From sequence record OZ195934.1: a stretch of DNA of 64,000 nt. One strand, written 5' to 3'. Positions 1-9,169 of this stretch are shown here, in pieces. Made by a program: the position numbers and the translations under genes. The first letter of the stretch is position 1; each line of letters begins with the position of its first letter. The notes under the pieces were generated by a model. That model saw only the letters and a program-made list of their open reading frames with translations. It made no database searches and was not told the origin of the DNA.

Positions 1-320
1 AACTAGCAGCGAACACTAAGCTTTCTCCACACTTCGAAGCTTTAATCTCGCGCTCAATCTACCTTGACCTTGGTGTTCACACTAAAGAAGAAATCATGGT
101 ACGCATTAAGCAAGTAGTTTCTGCTTCAACTATGCTAGAAGATCTTGGTCTAGTTACTGAACAAATCGTAGACATGCTAACGTGGATCGAGTCTCACATC
201 TTCGAATTGCGTTCACTTTCTCTTCGTACTTGTTTACACATCGCTGATATGATGTTAACCTCTCCTACGAAGTGGAAATCACTTGCTAAGATGACTATGC
301 TTACAAAGAAGCGTAAATAG
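1..320 (+). CDS. C-terminal part of AAA+/P-loop ATPase-like protein (truncated at window edge)
   Basis: Frame open from position 3 (LAANTKLSPHFEALISRSIYLDL...) into ORF 96-320; AL-SR box resembles AAA+ arginine-finger region. Confidence 0.5.
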   Translation, partial: LAANTKLSPHFEALISRSIYLDLGVHTKEEIMVRIKQVVSASTMLEDLGLVTEQIVDMLTWIESHIFELRSLSLRTCLHIADMMLTSPTKWKSLAKMTMLTKKRK

Positions 321-331
321 ATTTTTAAACT

Positions 332-350
332 GGGGCTTTCGAGCCCCTTT
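332..350 (+). terminator. Rho-independent terminator
   Basis: GGGGCT-TTCG-AGCCCC followed by TTT. Confidence 0.65.
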
Positions 351-367
351 GTCAACTGAGGAAAACG

Positions 368-1654
368 ATGGAGAGAAAACTTACAGATATTGTAAATGAT
401 GAAGCACTTGAATATGCAATGTACACAATCGAGAATCGAGCTTTAGCAAATGGCGTTGATGGTTTGAAACCAGTTCAACGCTTTGTGCTTTATAGCGTTC
501 TGCGCGACGCATCGACATCGTTTGATAAGGTAGCAGCACTCGGTAGCTCAGTTTCAAAGATTGGTTACAATCACGGTGAGACTTCAGCCCAAGACGCTCT
601 AGCGTTAATGGCAGCTAACTGGAAAAACAACTTGTCGATTGTTGAAGGGCGCGGTAACTTCGGTTCGCGAATGGTTCAAGAGCCCGCGAGTGCTCGTTAC
701 GTGTACGCGAAGCTGCACGAAAACTTCAAGCAATACTTCAAAGATATTCACCTTGCACCGGAACACAAAGACGTTGAACACGTCCCACCACAGTTCTACG
801 TGCCCGTGATACCGACAATTCTATTGAATGGCGTGTTCGGTGTTGCGACCGGCTTTGCGTGTAACATTCTACCGCACGATCCGAAATGGGTTAAGAAAGC
901 AGTTGTTGAATATCTCAGCGGCAAAGAAATCAGTGAGCCAGTGATCATGTATCCCGAGTTCAACGGTCGCGTTGAAAAGCTTGAGCATAACAAGTACGCA
1001 CAGATTGGTACAGTTGAGATTAGCGGTCTGACAGCAGTCGTTACAGAAGTTCCGACGACGTTCGATCACACAAAATATCTCGCAGTGCTTGACAAACTCA
1101 CAGAATCGGGTAAAATCAGTAGCTATGTTGATGAGACTAGCGAGACGTTTCAATTCAGAGTGCGTTGCAAGCGCGGGACGAAGATGGACGAAGCGAATAT
1201 CATCAAACTGTTAAAGCTTCAGTCTAATGCGACTCAGAACATCAACGTTATCGACGAGAACTATGAGATTCGTCATTTTAACGATGTCAGAGAGCTTGTG
1301 AAGTGGTTCGTTGACTACAGACTAACGTTCTTACCAACTCGCATCAAAGACGCGATACAGACGACTACAGCGCGTTCTAGTTTAGCGATTGCGAAAGCAT
1401 CGTTCATCAAAGACGTTGTTAGTGGTAGGATTGTATTGTTCGGTAAGAAGCGTGCTGAAGTTTCAAAAGAGCTGAAAGCAGACGAGCGATATTCACCGCA
1501 CGTAACTGAGCTTCTAAATATGTCGGTTGATAAAATGACCGACGATGAGATTGCAAAACTCGATAAAGACTCAGAATCAGCGTTGAAAGAACTCGATTAC
1601 TGGAATAAGACAACTCCGCAAAAAGAGTTTATCAAAGATCTAAAGGGTATATAA
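368..1654 (+). CDS. gp52: DNA topoisomerase II medium subunit (GyrA/ParC-like)
   Basis: DGLKPVQR, YNHGETS, GRGNFGSR and ARY active-site motifs. Confidence 0.95.
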   Translation: MERKLTDIVNDEALEYAMYTIENRALANGVDGLKPVQRFVLYSVLRDASTSFDKVAALGSSVSKIGYNHGETSAQDALALMAANWKNNLSIVEGRGNFGSRMVQEPASARYVYAKLHENFKQYFKDIHLAPEHKDVEHVPPQFYVPVIPTILLNGVFGVATGFACNILPHDPKWVKKAVVEYLSGKEISEPVIMYPEFNGRVEKLEHNKYAQIGTVEISGLTAVVTEVPTTFDHTKYLAVLDKLTESGKISSYVDETSETFQFRVRCKRGTKMDEANIIKLLKLQSNATQNINVIDENYEIRHFNDVRELVKWFVDYRLTFLPTRIKDAIQTTTARSSLAIAKASFIKDVVSGRIVLFGKKRAEVSKELKADERYSPHVTELLNMSVDKMTDDEIAKLDKDSESALKELDYWNKTTPQKEFIKDLKGI

Positions 1655-1896
1655 TGAACAACATAATCGTAAATAACGGTTTTGTTCAAGTCACAGATCA
1701 TGCTACACTATTCGGCGACGAAGAAGTTATCTTCGTCGAACCGATGAATCTCACTGATTTAGTGTGTTCACTTGGCTTGTACAAATCGAAATCTCAAGCT
1801 CGTCAAGCAAAGCGCGTTGGTGAGATACCTCCCGGTTACTCAGAATTCAAAGGCAACAAGAAAACGCCTCTGTACGTCTGGAACCCAACAGAATAG
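1654..1896 (+). CDS. Small S4-like RNA-binding domain protein
   Basis: LTDLVCSLGLYKSKSQARQA...G resembles S4/TyrRS C-terminal motif. Confidence 0.5.
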   Translation: MNNIIVNNGFVQVTDHATLFGDEEVIFVEPMNLTDLVCSLGLYKSKSQARQAKRVGEIPPGYSEFKGNKKTPLYVWNPTE

Positions 1897-2772
1897 GTGA
1901 AAATAATGGTAAAATGGACTGAAATGTTCTACTCAATTCAGGGCGAAGGCAAATACACTGGTCAAGCTAGTTTATTCTTTCGCTTCTGGGGCTGCAACTT
2001 AGAATGTCACGGCTTTGGTCAAGACGATCCAACCGATCCCGATTCGTACGTACTTGACTTTAAAGAGTATGACCCGAAGGCGCACAACGTAGAATCAGTC
2101 GAAGATTTACCAGTATGGACACGCGGCTGTGACTCAAGCTACACATGGGCGAAGAAATACGCGCATCTAGCTTCTAAGTCTTCAGTCGAAGATGTTTGTG
2201 AAGCTATGCTTGACAAACTACCGAATCGTCAATGGGGTGATATTCATCTTGTATTGACTGGCGGCGAAACGATGATGAATCAAAAATCTATCGCTGCTAT
2301 TCTTGCGTACTTCGCACAAATTGGCAATTTTCCGAAGAACGTAACAATCGAAACTAACGGTACGAAAAAAATGTCGAGCGAGTTCGGTGACTTCATCGAG
2401 ACAATATCGTTCTACACTAAAGTTAGTTTCAGCGTATCTTTCAAGCTTTTCAACGTTACTGGCGAACTGTCAGAAAAAGCTATCTGTCCGAGCGTAGTTA
2501 ATCGCTATGCTCGATACGCAGAGACATGGCTCAAGCCCGTTGTCGTCGATACTGACGCGTGTTGGGATGAAGTTGATATGCATATCGCGCAATACAAAGC
2601 GTGCAGTGCTCTTCACAACGTTCCAATCTATATCATGCCTTGTGGTGCTACTCAAGAAGAGCAAGAACAAGACGGGTATATGGCATCGATTGCAAACAAA
2701 GCATTGAGTCGTGGTTATAATTTCTCAATCAGAGCACATGTGTTTATTTGGGGAAATGCGGTCGGCACATAA
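1897..2772 (+). CDS. queE: 7-carboxy-7-deazaguanine synthase-like radical SAM enzyme (start probably 1906)
   Basis: EMFYSIQGEG, FFRFWGCNLEC...CDS, VLTGGE, TIETNGT, SIRAHVFIWGN. Confidence 0.88.
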   Translation: MKIMVKWTEMFYSIQGEGKYTGQASLFFRFWGCNLECHGFGQDDPTDPDSYVLDFKEYDPKAHNVESVEDLPVWTRGCDSSYTWAKKYAHLASKSSVEDVCEAMLDKLPNRQWGDIHLVLTGGETMMNQKSIAAILAYFAQIGNFPKNVTIETNGTKKMSSEFGDFIETISFYTKVSFSVSFKLFNVTGELSEKAICPSVVNRYARYAETWLKPVVVDTDACWDEVDMHIAQYKACSALHNVPIYIMPCGATQEEQEQDGYMASIANKALSRGYNFSIRAHVFIWGNAVGT

Positions 2773-2801
2773 GTGCCGTTTTAACTTAAAGAGAAATTGA
2801 A

Positions 2802-3116
2802 ATGATTCTATTTGGACACATTGTAGGCACGCTTGGTATGATTCTTATCTGTCTTGCGTTTTGGTTTGTAACTAGCGAGAAATACGGTCCCAAAGACAAC
2901 ACGTATCTTTGGACTAACTTGACTGGTGCAGTCTTGCTTACAATTAGCTTGCTGATTAACTTCAATCTCGGTAGCTTTATGATTGAGCTATTCTGGATGG
3001 CTATTTCTGGGTCAGCACTATATAAAAACTATACAGGCAAAGAAATTAAATTGACTCTGAATGAGAAATTTAACGTCTTTCGCAATTCGACTACTAATAA
3101 AGGTGGTCCGAAGTAA
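2802..3116 (+). CDS. Small 3-TM membrane protein (CBU_0592/SemiSWEET-like)
   Basis: IVGTLG..LI, YLWTNLTGAVLLTISL, FMIELFW pattern. Confidence 0.6.
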   Translation: MILFGHIVGTLGMILICLAFWFVTSEKYGPKDNTYLWTNLTGAVLLTISLLINFNLGSFMIELFWMAISGSALYKNYTGKEIKLTLNEKFNVFRNSTTNKGGPK

Positions 3117-3119
3117 ATA

Positions 3120-3148
3120 GTTTACTTCATTGTCGTTTCGTGTATAAT
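3120..3148 (+). promoter_or_regulatory. Early sigma70-type promoter
   Basis: GTTTAC-17 bp-TATAAT. Confidence 0.75.
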
Positions 3149-3184
3149 CAACTGCGAAACGACAATCTAACAGAGAACAATAAA

Positions 3185-3373
3185 ATGTCTAGAAAATCAA
3201 AGAACAAAAAGAAGCAGAAGCAACGCGATGCTTTAGAAAACAAGCCACGTGATTTCGTCGCGAAGTACATGAATGAGTTCAATCATGCTACGGTCGAGAC
3301 TGATCGCAAGAAAGAAGAGAAACGACGCACACCGCGTAAAATGAAACACAAAGGGAAAGCCTATGGGGATTGA
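3185..3373 (+). CDS. Small basic phage protein
   Basis: ORF downstream of promoter; RDFVAKYMNEFN, Lys/Arg-rich. Confidence 0.6.
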   Translation: MSRKSKNKKKQKQRDALENKPRDFVAKYMNEFNHATVETDRKKEEKRRTPRKMKHKGKAYGD

Positions 3374-3695
3374 TCAAGAGCTAGATATTTTCGACGACTG
3401 GCCAGTGGCGTCAGCGTCTATACCTATGCCGAAAGCACCTGCTAAATTTGAGCCAGAAAATGAGCTTCATCAGTTCTTTCATGACTGTTCGAAGTTCGAT
3501 TGGTATTACAACTACAGCGATGATCATCGTGTGTGGACGCGTGGTGAACGCGAATCGAAAGCTCTTCAGGCGCGTAGTCGTGCAAACTCTGTGACGACAG
3601 CGATTTACGAAGCATGGTCAAAGTACATGTTCACGGGACCGAACTACGGTAATGAACGTGCACCTAAGCCAAAATGGGAAGATTATCGTGCATAA
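3363..3695 (+). CDS. Hypothetical protein
   Basis: ORF overlapping upstream stop. Confidence 0.65.
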   Translation: MGIDQELDIFDDWPVASASIPMPKAPAKFEPENELHQFFHDCSKFDWYYNYSDDHRVWTRGERESKALQARSRANSVTTAIYEAWSKYMFTGPNYGNERAPKPKWEDYRA

Positions 3696-3960
3696 AGACG
3701 TGCTTCAAAATACAATTGAAATGAAAGACATTGTTTTTCGTCTGTCAAAAGAGCGATTGTGCGTTGAGCCGTGTATTGTTGTCGGTTTTACTGAACACAA
3801 AGTTTTACTAAACGATGGCTTGCAATGTGATCCGAATCGCGTTGTAGTTATTACTGAACAAATTCAAAATAACGGTGTTGATCTCTGGTCTACTGTGCTA
3901 GAATTCAAATATCGAGAATACATCATCAAGGGCTTTAAACGCCTCAAACAACAAAAGTGA
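3652..3960 (+). CDS. Hypothetical protein (true start probably 3688-3721)
   Basis: ORF in operon context. Confidence 0.55.
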   Translation: MNVHLSQNGKIIVHKDVLQNTIEMKDIVFRLSKERLCVEPCIVVGFTEHKVLLNDGLQCDPNRVVVITEQIQNNGVDLWSTVLEFKYREYIIKGFKRLKQQK

Positions 3961-3967
3961 GCAAAAC

Positions 3968-4246
3968 ATGAAATTTCTACAAAAAATCTGGGCAGTTCTA
4001 ACAGGCGACACAACTCCACGTACACCTGAAGACATCATCGCTGATATGAACAAAGGTGCGGTTGAGCTTCGAGCGCGTTCGACATTCGATAAAGATCAAA
4101 TCGACAAGAACGTAGCAGAGCAAGCAGAAATTGCCGCAGAAGCTGCGCGTAAAACTGCCGAGCTTGACGCAATCAACACTGGTCACGCTGCTTCAGCAGA
4201 ACATGCAGATCGCGTTGCTAAACGCTTCGAAGATCTGACTGCGTAA
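3968..4246 (+). CDS. Hypothetical alpha-helical protein
   Basis: ORF, Ala-rich helical pattern, followed by terminator. Confidence 0.65.
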   Translation: MKFLQKIWAVLTGDTTPRTPEDIIADMNKGAVELRARSTFDKDQIDKNVAEQAEIAAEAARKTAELDAINTGHAASAEHADRVAKRFEDLTA

Positions 4247-4275
4247 TGCGTTAAAACATACGCATTAACCGAATT

Positions 4276-4320
4276 AAAGCCCCTTAATGAGTGCATTTGC
4301 ATACATTAAGGGGCTTTTTT
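4276..4320 (+). terminator. Rho-independent terminator
   Basis: AAAGCCCCTTAATG...CATTAAGGGGCTTTTTT hairpin plus T-tract. Confidence 0.8.
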
Positions 4321-4359
4321 GTTTCTGTCATAAATACAAGTAAACAAATGAGAGACGCT

Positions 4360-5463
4360 ATGAAAAAATTAAACACATTCATGGAAGAACTTCAGGCACT
4401 TAATGAAGTGTTCGTTCGTGGCGGCAAACCGCGCAACGGGTCTAAAGTTCTTGCAAACGGAAAAAACATTTGGGTATGGAATAACGAGCGTGAGCTTGAA
4501 CGTCTATTGCCTTTCATCAACAAAGAATTCAACACTGATTTCGAAGATCAATACGAAATCGATGAGTGGTACATGAGTGGCGCTGACGCAGTGTACGGGG
4601 AGATTGAACACGGCAGACTAGATATGTCCGGTGATTCGACTTATCGCCCGTCTACAGCGTCTGACACGCTCAGAAAGACGATTAAAGCACTGAATCTAAG
4701 TGGCGTGACTCGTCGTTCACGTTCTTTTACTACTGATTATGACGAAATCGACCACGACTTTGAAACGTCGCGTGCTGAATTCAACAAAAAGCTAGGTCAA
4801 AAAACGTTCTATCACGGTACATCGACGACTTACATCGAATCGATGCTCAAGATCGGTCTAAAACCAGACGTAGGTGAATCGCAGTTCGATAAGATTGAAC
4901 ACAGCGACAAGGTGTTCGTCACGACTGAGCTTGATAAAGCAATGTTCCACGCGACTCATTCAGCGAATCAAAACAGTTCATTCCCTGTAATAATCGAGCT
5001 GAAGATTCCAGACGAGGCTAAACTAGTGTCTGATTACGACGTTGTTATCGACACGCTAGGTGCTGATTCTGACGAAGCACTTGAACTTGGCTACTCTGAC
5101 ATCTATTACGGTGCAGTAAATGGTCGCGATGACGGCAAAAAATACGACGATATGCACCAACGATTTGGTAAGCGTATCGGCAATCTATCGACTAAATTCG
5201 GTGTGTTCGGCTACAAGGGTCGCATCCCTGCAAGTCATTTCACGAAGATTCTAGCAGATACTGACGTAATCGAAGATGAAATCTCGATGAACTTCTATGA
5301 AATGGAAGACGAGTTCAATCTATCTGCGATGACATCAGAAGCGGGAAATCATCGTTCAATTGACTACTGGTCTGAACAACGACCTGACAAATTCATATCG
5401 AATCTTGAAGACCGTTGGGAAGAGATTCGAGACGAGAACGAAGAAGAAGACGATTGGGATTAA
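4360..5463 (+). CDS. Putative ADP-ribosyltransferase-fold protein, possibly head-packaged
   Basis: FYHGTS...GLKP, VFVTT, VIIELKIP; N-terminus MKKLNTFMEELQALNE; late-like CATAAATA at 4329. Confidence 0.65.
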   Translation: MKKLNTFMEELQALNEVFVRGGKPRNGSKVLANGKNIWVWNNERELERLLPFINKEFNTDFEDQYEIDEWYMSGADAVYGEIEHGRLDMSGDSTYRPSTASDTLRKTIKALNLSGVTRRSRSFTTDYDEIDHDFETSRAEFNKKLGQKTFYHGTSTTYIESMLKIGLKPDVGESQFDKIEHSDKVFVTTELDKAMFHATHSANQNSSFPVIIELKIPDEAKLVSDYDVVIDTLGADSDEALELGYSDIYYGAVNGRDDGKKYDDMHQRFGKRIGNLSTKFGVFGYKGRIPASHFTKILADTDVIEDEISMNFYEMEDEFNLSAMTSEAGNHRSIDYWSEQRPDKFISNLEDRWEEIRDENEEEDDWD

Positions 5464-5506
5464 ATACTAGGGAGCATTTAGCTCCCTTTTTTATTGAGGT
5501 AAGAAA

Positions 5507-5986
5507 ATGTACAAATGTAAATATTTCGAAATATATGAACTCGTAACTCCGCAGATGTATGAAGCGTGGGGCGAGAAATGTTGGCAACTATTCGACGAGC
5601 GCGTTCTAATCACGCTAGACGCTCTCAGAAAGAAGTTCGGCTCATGCGTAGTCAATGACTGGAAGTGGGGCGGAAGATTCGATGACAGCGGTTTTAGAGA
5701 CGTTCACTTCTATAGTTCAGTCGATGCGTACTTGAAGAGTCGTTCGCAGCACAAATATGGTCGCGCAGTCGATGCAAAATTCAAAGTACCCGCTCACGAA
5801 GTGCGTAAATACATATTAGAGAACCCCGACGAATTCCCACACGTGAAATTCATCGAAGTGGGTCCGTTAAAAGACGGCTCTGATATGTCATGGGTTCACA
5901 TCGATGTTCGCAACGGTGACTTGCTATGTTGGTCGCCATTAGAGGGTGTCGTTTCAAAAGAAGATGTGATTCGTCGAAAACTTTAG
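5507..5986 (+). CDS. Peptidase M15A-like Zn peptidase, candidate endolysin
   Basis: SGFR, SQHKYGRAVD, WVHIDVR motifs. Confidence 0.8.
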   Translation: MYKCKYFEIYELVTPQMYEAWGEKCWQLFDERVLITLDALRKKFGSCVVNDWKWGGRFDDSGFRDVHFYSSVDAYLKSRSQHKYGRAVDAKFKVPAHEVRKYILENPDEFPHVKFIEVGPLKDGSDMSWVHIDVRNGDLLCWSPLEGVVSKEDVIRRKL

Positions 5987-6057
5987 TTTAACACTCGATG
6001 TTTTAGCATTAATATAACATTGTCAACAAGACATTTATCAACTAAAAGGTCTACTAC

Positions 6058-6768
6058 ATGGGCAAAAAGAAAACTCAAGAAGATCCGCGCTCAAGTCAAC
6101 GCGTCGAGTTACTTTCATTCAATCAAGAGCAGTACGCAGCCGCGATTCACGAAGAGATTAAAGAAGACGGCTCAGGTGCATTTGTGTTCGCGATTGGGTC
6201 AGCAGGTACCGGTAAAACGTGGCTAGCGACTACTCTCGGTGCTGACATGTATTCTATGTTTGAGTACACGCAGTTCATCATTCTAAAGCCGACACTTTCG
6301 TGTGGTGAAGAACTGGGTTACTTACCGGGAACACTTGAAGAGAAAATGGAACCTTGGATTCAAACTGTCACACAGCCGTTGAAAGACCGCTTGGGTGCAG
6401 ATAAGTTCAAATGTGATTGGAACAAACGAATTCATGCAGAGCCTATTCAGTTCGTACGTGGTAAAACGTTCGATAACTGTTTCATTATAGTAGATGAAGC
6501 TCAGAACTTAACTAAAACTGAAATTCAGACGATCATGACTCGTATCGGTGAAAATACGAAGATGGTATTTTGTGGCGACTTGAAACAAGACGACCATAAG
6601 ATGATCTATCGTACTGGTCAGAAAGAAATCAGTGGTCTAGCGTGGATGGTTAACGAGATTCAGCGTCAACAACGCGCAGGTATCGAGATCATTCAATTCA
6701 CTAACGCTGACGTTGTACGTTCTGGCGCATGTAAGATGGCTCTAGAAATTATCGACAAGGCAGATTAA
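6058..6768 (+). CDS. phoH: PhoH-like ATPase
   Basis: GSAGTGKT, LGYLPGTLEEKMEPW, RGKTF, VDEAQN, TRIG, GDLKQ. Confidence 0.95.
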   Translation: MGKKKTQEDPRSSQRVELLSFNQEQYAAAIHEEIKEDGSGAFVFAIGSAGTGKTWLATTLGADMYSMFEYTQFIILKPTLSCGEELGYLPGTLEEKMEPWIQTVTQPLKDRLGADKFKCDWNKRIHAEPIQFVRGKTFDNCFIIVDEAQNLTKTEIQTIMTRIGENTKMVFCGDLKQDDHKMIYRTGQKEISGLAWMVNEIQRQQRAGIEIIQFTNADVVRSGACKMALEIIDKAD

Positions 6769-7076
6769 TGAAGAAAGAAACAAACAACGTCACGTGCAAA
6801 ATCACTGACGTTGGTAATTTCAATGTGCTCGTTAAATCGTGGTATGTTGAGGGTGACTTCGTTCGCGGGGTCACGCTTGAAGTAGGGGATGTCGTTAACA
6901 TCAAAGAATACAACGACCCGTTGGTCTCTGGCGGCGTATATTCCGCTATCAAAGTATCAAAAGATGGGAACGTTTACTCAACTACGGTCTTAGGTCGGTT
7001 AGTATTCGACCGAACAGACTCGTCATACGTCATGAAGAACGACAAACATCGCATTCAGTACACTACGACACTATAA
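6768..7076 (+). CDS. Hypothetical protein
   Basis: ORF coupled to phoH stop, followed by terminator. Confidence 0.6.
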   Translation: MKKETNNVTCKITDVGNFNVLVKSWYVEGDFVRGVTLEVGDVVNIKEYNDPLVSGGVYSAIKVSKDGNVYSTTVLGRLVFDRTDSSYVMKNDKHRIQYTTTL

Positions 7077-7184
7077 CAAAAGCGCCTACGGGCGCTTTTT
7101 TTGTTTAGAATGCATCATTTCTGAAGTAAAATAAATGACGGGAGGTGTCAATGACATACAAACAACAGCACATCGGGGCGATTA

Positions 7185-7916
7185 ATGGAAAGAACAGAAA
7201 TCATAATTCCTACCAAGAGCATCAGAAATGCAGGTTATGAATTCGATGTAATAGATACAAGCAAACTAGATCACTTTCACGTTCGATGCGTGACAAATAC
7301 GTTATACGACAACAGCATACAAGGTTCACAACTCGACGGATTTCGTGCCGAGATTACTCTAATGGACGCAGAATCACTAATCTTCTTGAACTCAATGAAT
7401 CTTTATGCTAACTTTACTGAGTCGAACCGTGCAAATAATGGCATGAAGCGCATTAAGTCGGCTCGATATGACTATCATCATTATTATCAACAACAAGAGG
7501 ACTGGTTTAAAGGCATACTACGAAAGAACAGAGTCACCGTAAAATATCCGAACGGGGAAAAGCGAGAAAAGCTTCCTACGTTCTACACGTGCGGGTTGCG
7601 TTTATCAAACGTAAGACGTTCAGCAGATAAAGCTTGTGCCATGCTCGTACTCGATGAGAACGGGAAGCCCAAGATGTATGCGTTCGCTATCGGAAAACTA
7701 AGATACATTTTCGACGCGTACGACCGGTCAGAAAACCTAAACTGCCCCGCGCAAATCGGGAAGAAAACAGTTGACGTAATCGAGTGTTTAGATTACAATG
7801 ACGGAGACGATTGGAATGACGAAAACGAGTTCGAAGAAACGCGTAAATTAATGTCGATTCCAGATGTATCCGATTTAGACAAAGTATTAATGTCATTAGA
7901 CGAAGAAGAGTTTTAG
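7185..7916 (+). CDS. Hypothetical protein with acidic C-terminus
   Basis: 243-aa ORF. Confidence 0.65.
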   Translation: MERTEIIIPTKSIRNAGYEFDVIDTSKLDHFHVRCVTNTLYDNSIQGSQLDGFRAEITLMDAESLIFLNSMNLYANFTESNRANNGMKRIKSARYDYHHYYQQQEDWFKGILRKNRVTVKYPNGEKREKLPTFYTCGLRLSNVRRSADKACAMLVLDENGKPKMYAFAIGKLRYIFDAYDRSENLNCPAQIGKKTVDVIECLDYNDGDDWNDENEFEETRKLMSIPDVSDLDKVLMSLDEEEF

Positions 7917-7917
7917 T

Positions 7918-8211
7918 ATGAATGAAGTAACAACTTACACCGACACAAAAGAACTAGCACTAGACATCGCAGCATACGCATCACTATTAGTTAAGATGGG
8001 ATATTGCGAATGTGTTGAAAATCAAAAACTCTTTGTTGAAATGTGTAACGAAGCAGGGTTCAGAACAGTAACCGGAAAAGAATTTTCTCAAATGTCATTT
8101 CGACAGATGTTCGCTCGACTTCCAGCACGCATTAGTGAAGAAATCAAAGCACAATTCTCATGGGGTAACAACGCACCAAATGAGTCTATTCTTGAAAGCG
8201 TTTACGTATAG
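7918..8211 (+). CDS. asiA: Anti-sigma70 factor AsiA
   Basis: ASLLVKM...VENQKLFVEMCNEAG...FSQMSFRQM aligns by eye with T4 AsiA (ASILIKF...VENRANFIAFLNEIG...LNQNSFRKI). Confidence 0.8.
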   Translation: MNEVTTYTDTKELALDIAAYASLLVKMGYCECVENQKLFVEMCNEAGFRTVTGKEFSQMSFRQMFARLPARISEEIKAQFSWGNNAPNESILESVYV

Positions 8212-8218
8212 GTAACAC

Positions 8219-8512
8219 ATGGACTTCGGAAAAGCACTAGAAGCACTGAAATCAGGTCAAAAAGTAGCACGCGCAGGTTGGAACGGTCAGGGAATGTTTA
8301 TCGTTCTTATGCCCGAACTATATCTCCCATCGTTTAACACTCAAGACACGTTCAAAAAAGTAAATGATCGAACCGCGAAACACATCGGCAAAGACACTCC
8401 ACTAGACAGTCAGCCGTATATCGCTATGTTCACATCAGATGAAAAGTGGCAGCCAGGTTGGGTTGCGTCGCAAGCTGATCTTCTAAGCGAAGATTGGGCG
8501 ATTGTAGAATAA
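8219..8512 (+). CDS. tad2: DUF2829 / Thoeris anti-defence Tad2-like sponge
   Basis: MDFGKALEALKSGQKVARAGWNG, QPYI, GWVASQADLLSEDW. Confidence 0.85.
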   Translation: MDFGKALEALKSGQKVARAGWNGQGMFIVLMPELYLPSFNTQDTFKKVNDRTAKHIGKDTPLDSQPYIAMFTSDEKWQPGWVASQADLLSEDWAIVE

Positions 8513-8550
8513 AAAAAAGGGCAGTCTGCGTAATGCAAACTGCCCTTTTT
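8511..8550. terminator. Bidirectional terminator
   Basis: A8-GGGCAGT...ACTGCCC-T5 between convergent genes. Confidence 0.85.
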
Positions 8551-8562
8551 GTTGGTCACTCG

Positions 8563-9126
8563 TTATTTCTGGTCGGTTAATTTCTCTACCCTAACATCTA
8601 ACGCGTCAATGCGTTCTTTCAGCATGTCCGCCTCAGAACCAGTAAATCGGTCGCTGTTAACTGCCTCAAATTGAGTTTGCACTTTAGCAAGTTCAGCTTC
8701 AAAACGTCCATCTTTCTGGTTTCGAGCATCGATCTTGATACCCAATTCTTTCTGAGATTCGTATAATGCATCATACGAATTGCGCAGATTTTCATCCGCT
8801 GCTTGTGATGTTGCTCTTAGAGATTCTACACTTGATCCAAGTCTGCCGTACTGCACTAACATTTCATCTTGTTTTTTCACGATGAGAGATTGTTGTCCCT
8901 CTAGCGAAATAAGTTGCTGTGCTTGTGTAGCATCGGTTAATTTAATGTCGGTAATCTCTTTCATAATCGCGTCGTACTGCTTGATGTTGGTCTCGCCTTG
9001 CGCTTGCACTATTTCTAGTGCTTCCTGCATTCCACCATACTGAGTCGCGACGCTCAATGAAGATATTGATAGAGGAATAAGAATCGTCCCAACCACAGCT
9101 AATGCCACTTGCCAGAACTTTGTCAT
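8563..9126 (-). CDS. Membrane-anchored coiled-coil protein (possible holin or lysis protein by position)
   Basis: N-terminal TM segment plus coiled coil; lies directly after distal fibre genes like T4 t. Confidence 0.45.
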   Translation of the reverse strand: MTKFWQVALAVVGTILIPLSISSLSVATQYGGMQEALEIVQAQGETNIKQYDAIMKEITDIKLTDATQAQQLISLEGQQSLIVKKQDEMLVQYGRLGSSVESLRATSQAADENLRNSYDALYESQKELGIKIDARNQKDGRFEAELAKVQTQFEAVNSDRFTGSEADMLKERIDALDVRVEKLTDQK

Positions 9127-9169
9127 AGTATTGGTTCCTATGTTCGTTAATCTTAGTCTTCAATCGTAT

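Noticed and set aside
1860-1906. preQ1 riboswitch upstream of queE
   Set aside because: queE is translationally coupled to the upstream ORF with no leader, and no preQ1 aptamer pattern was seen.
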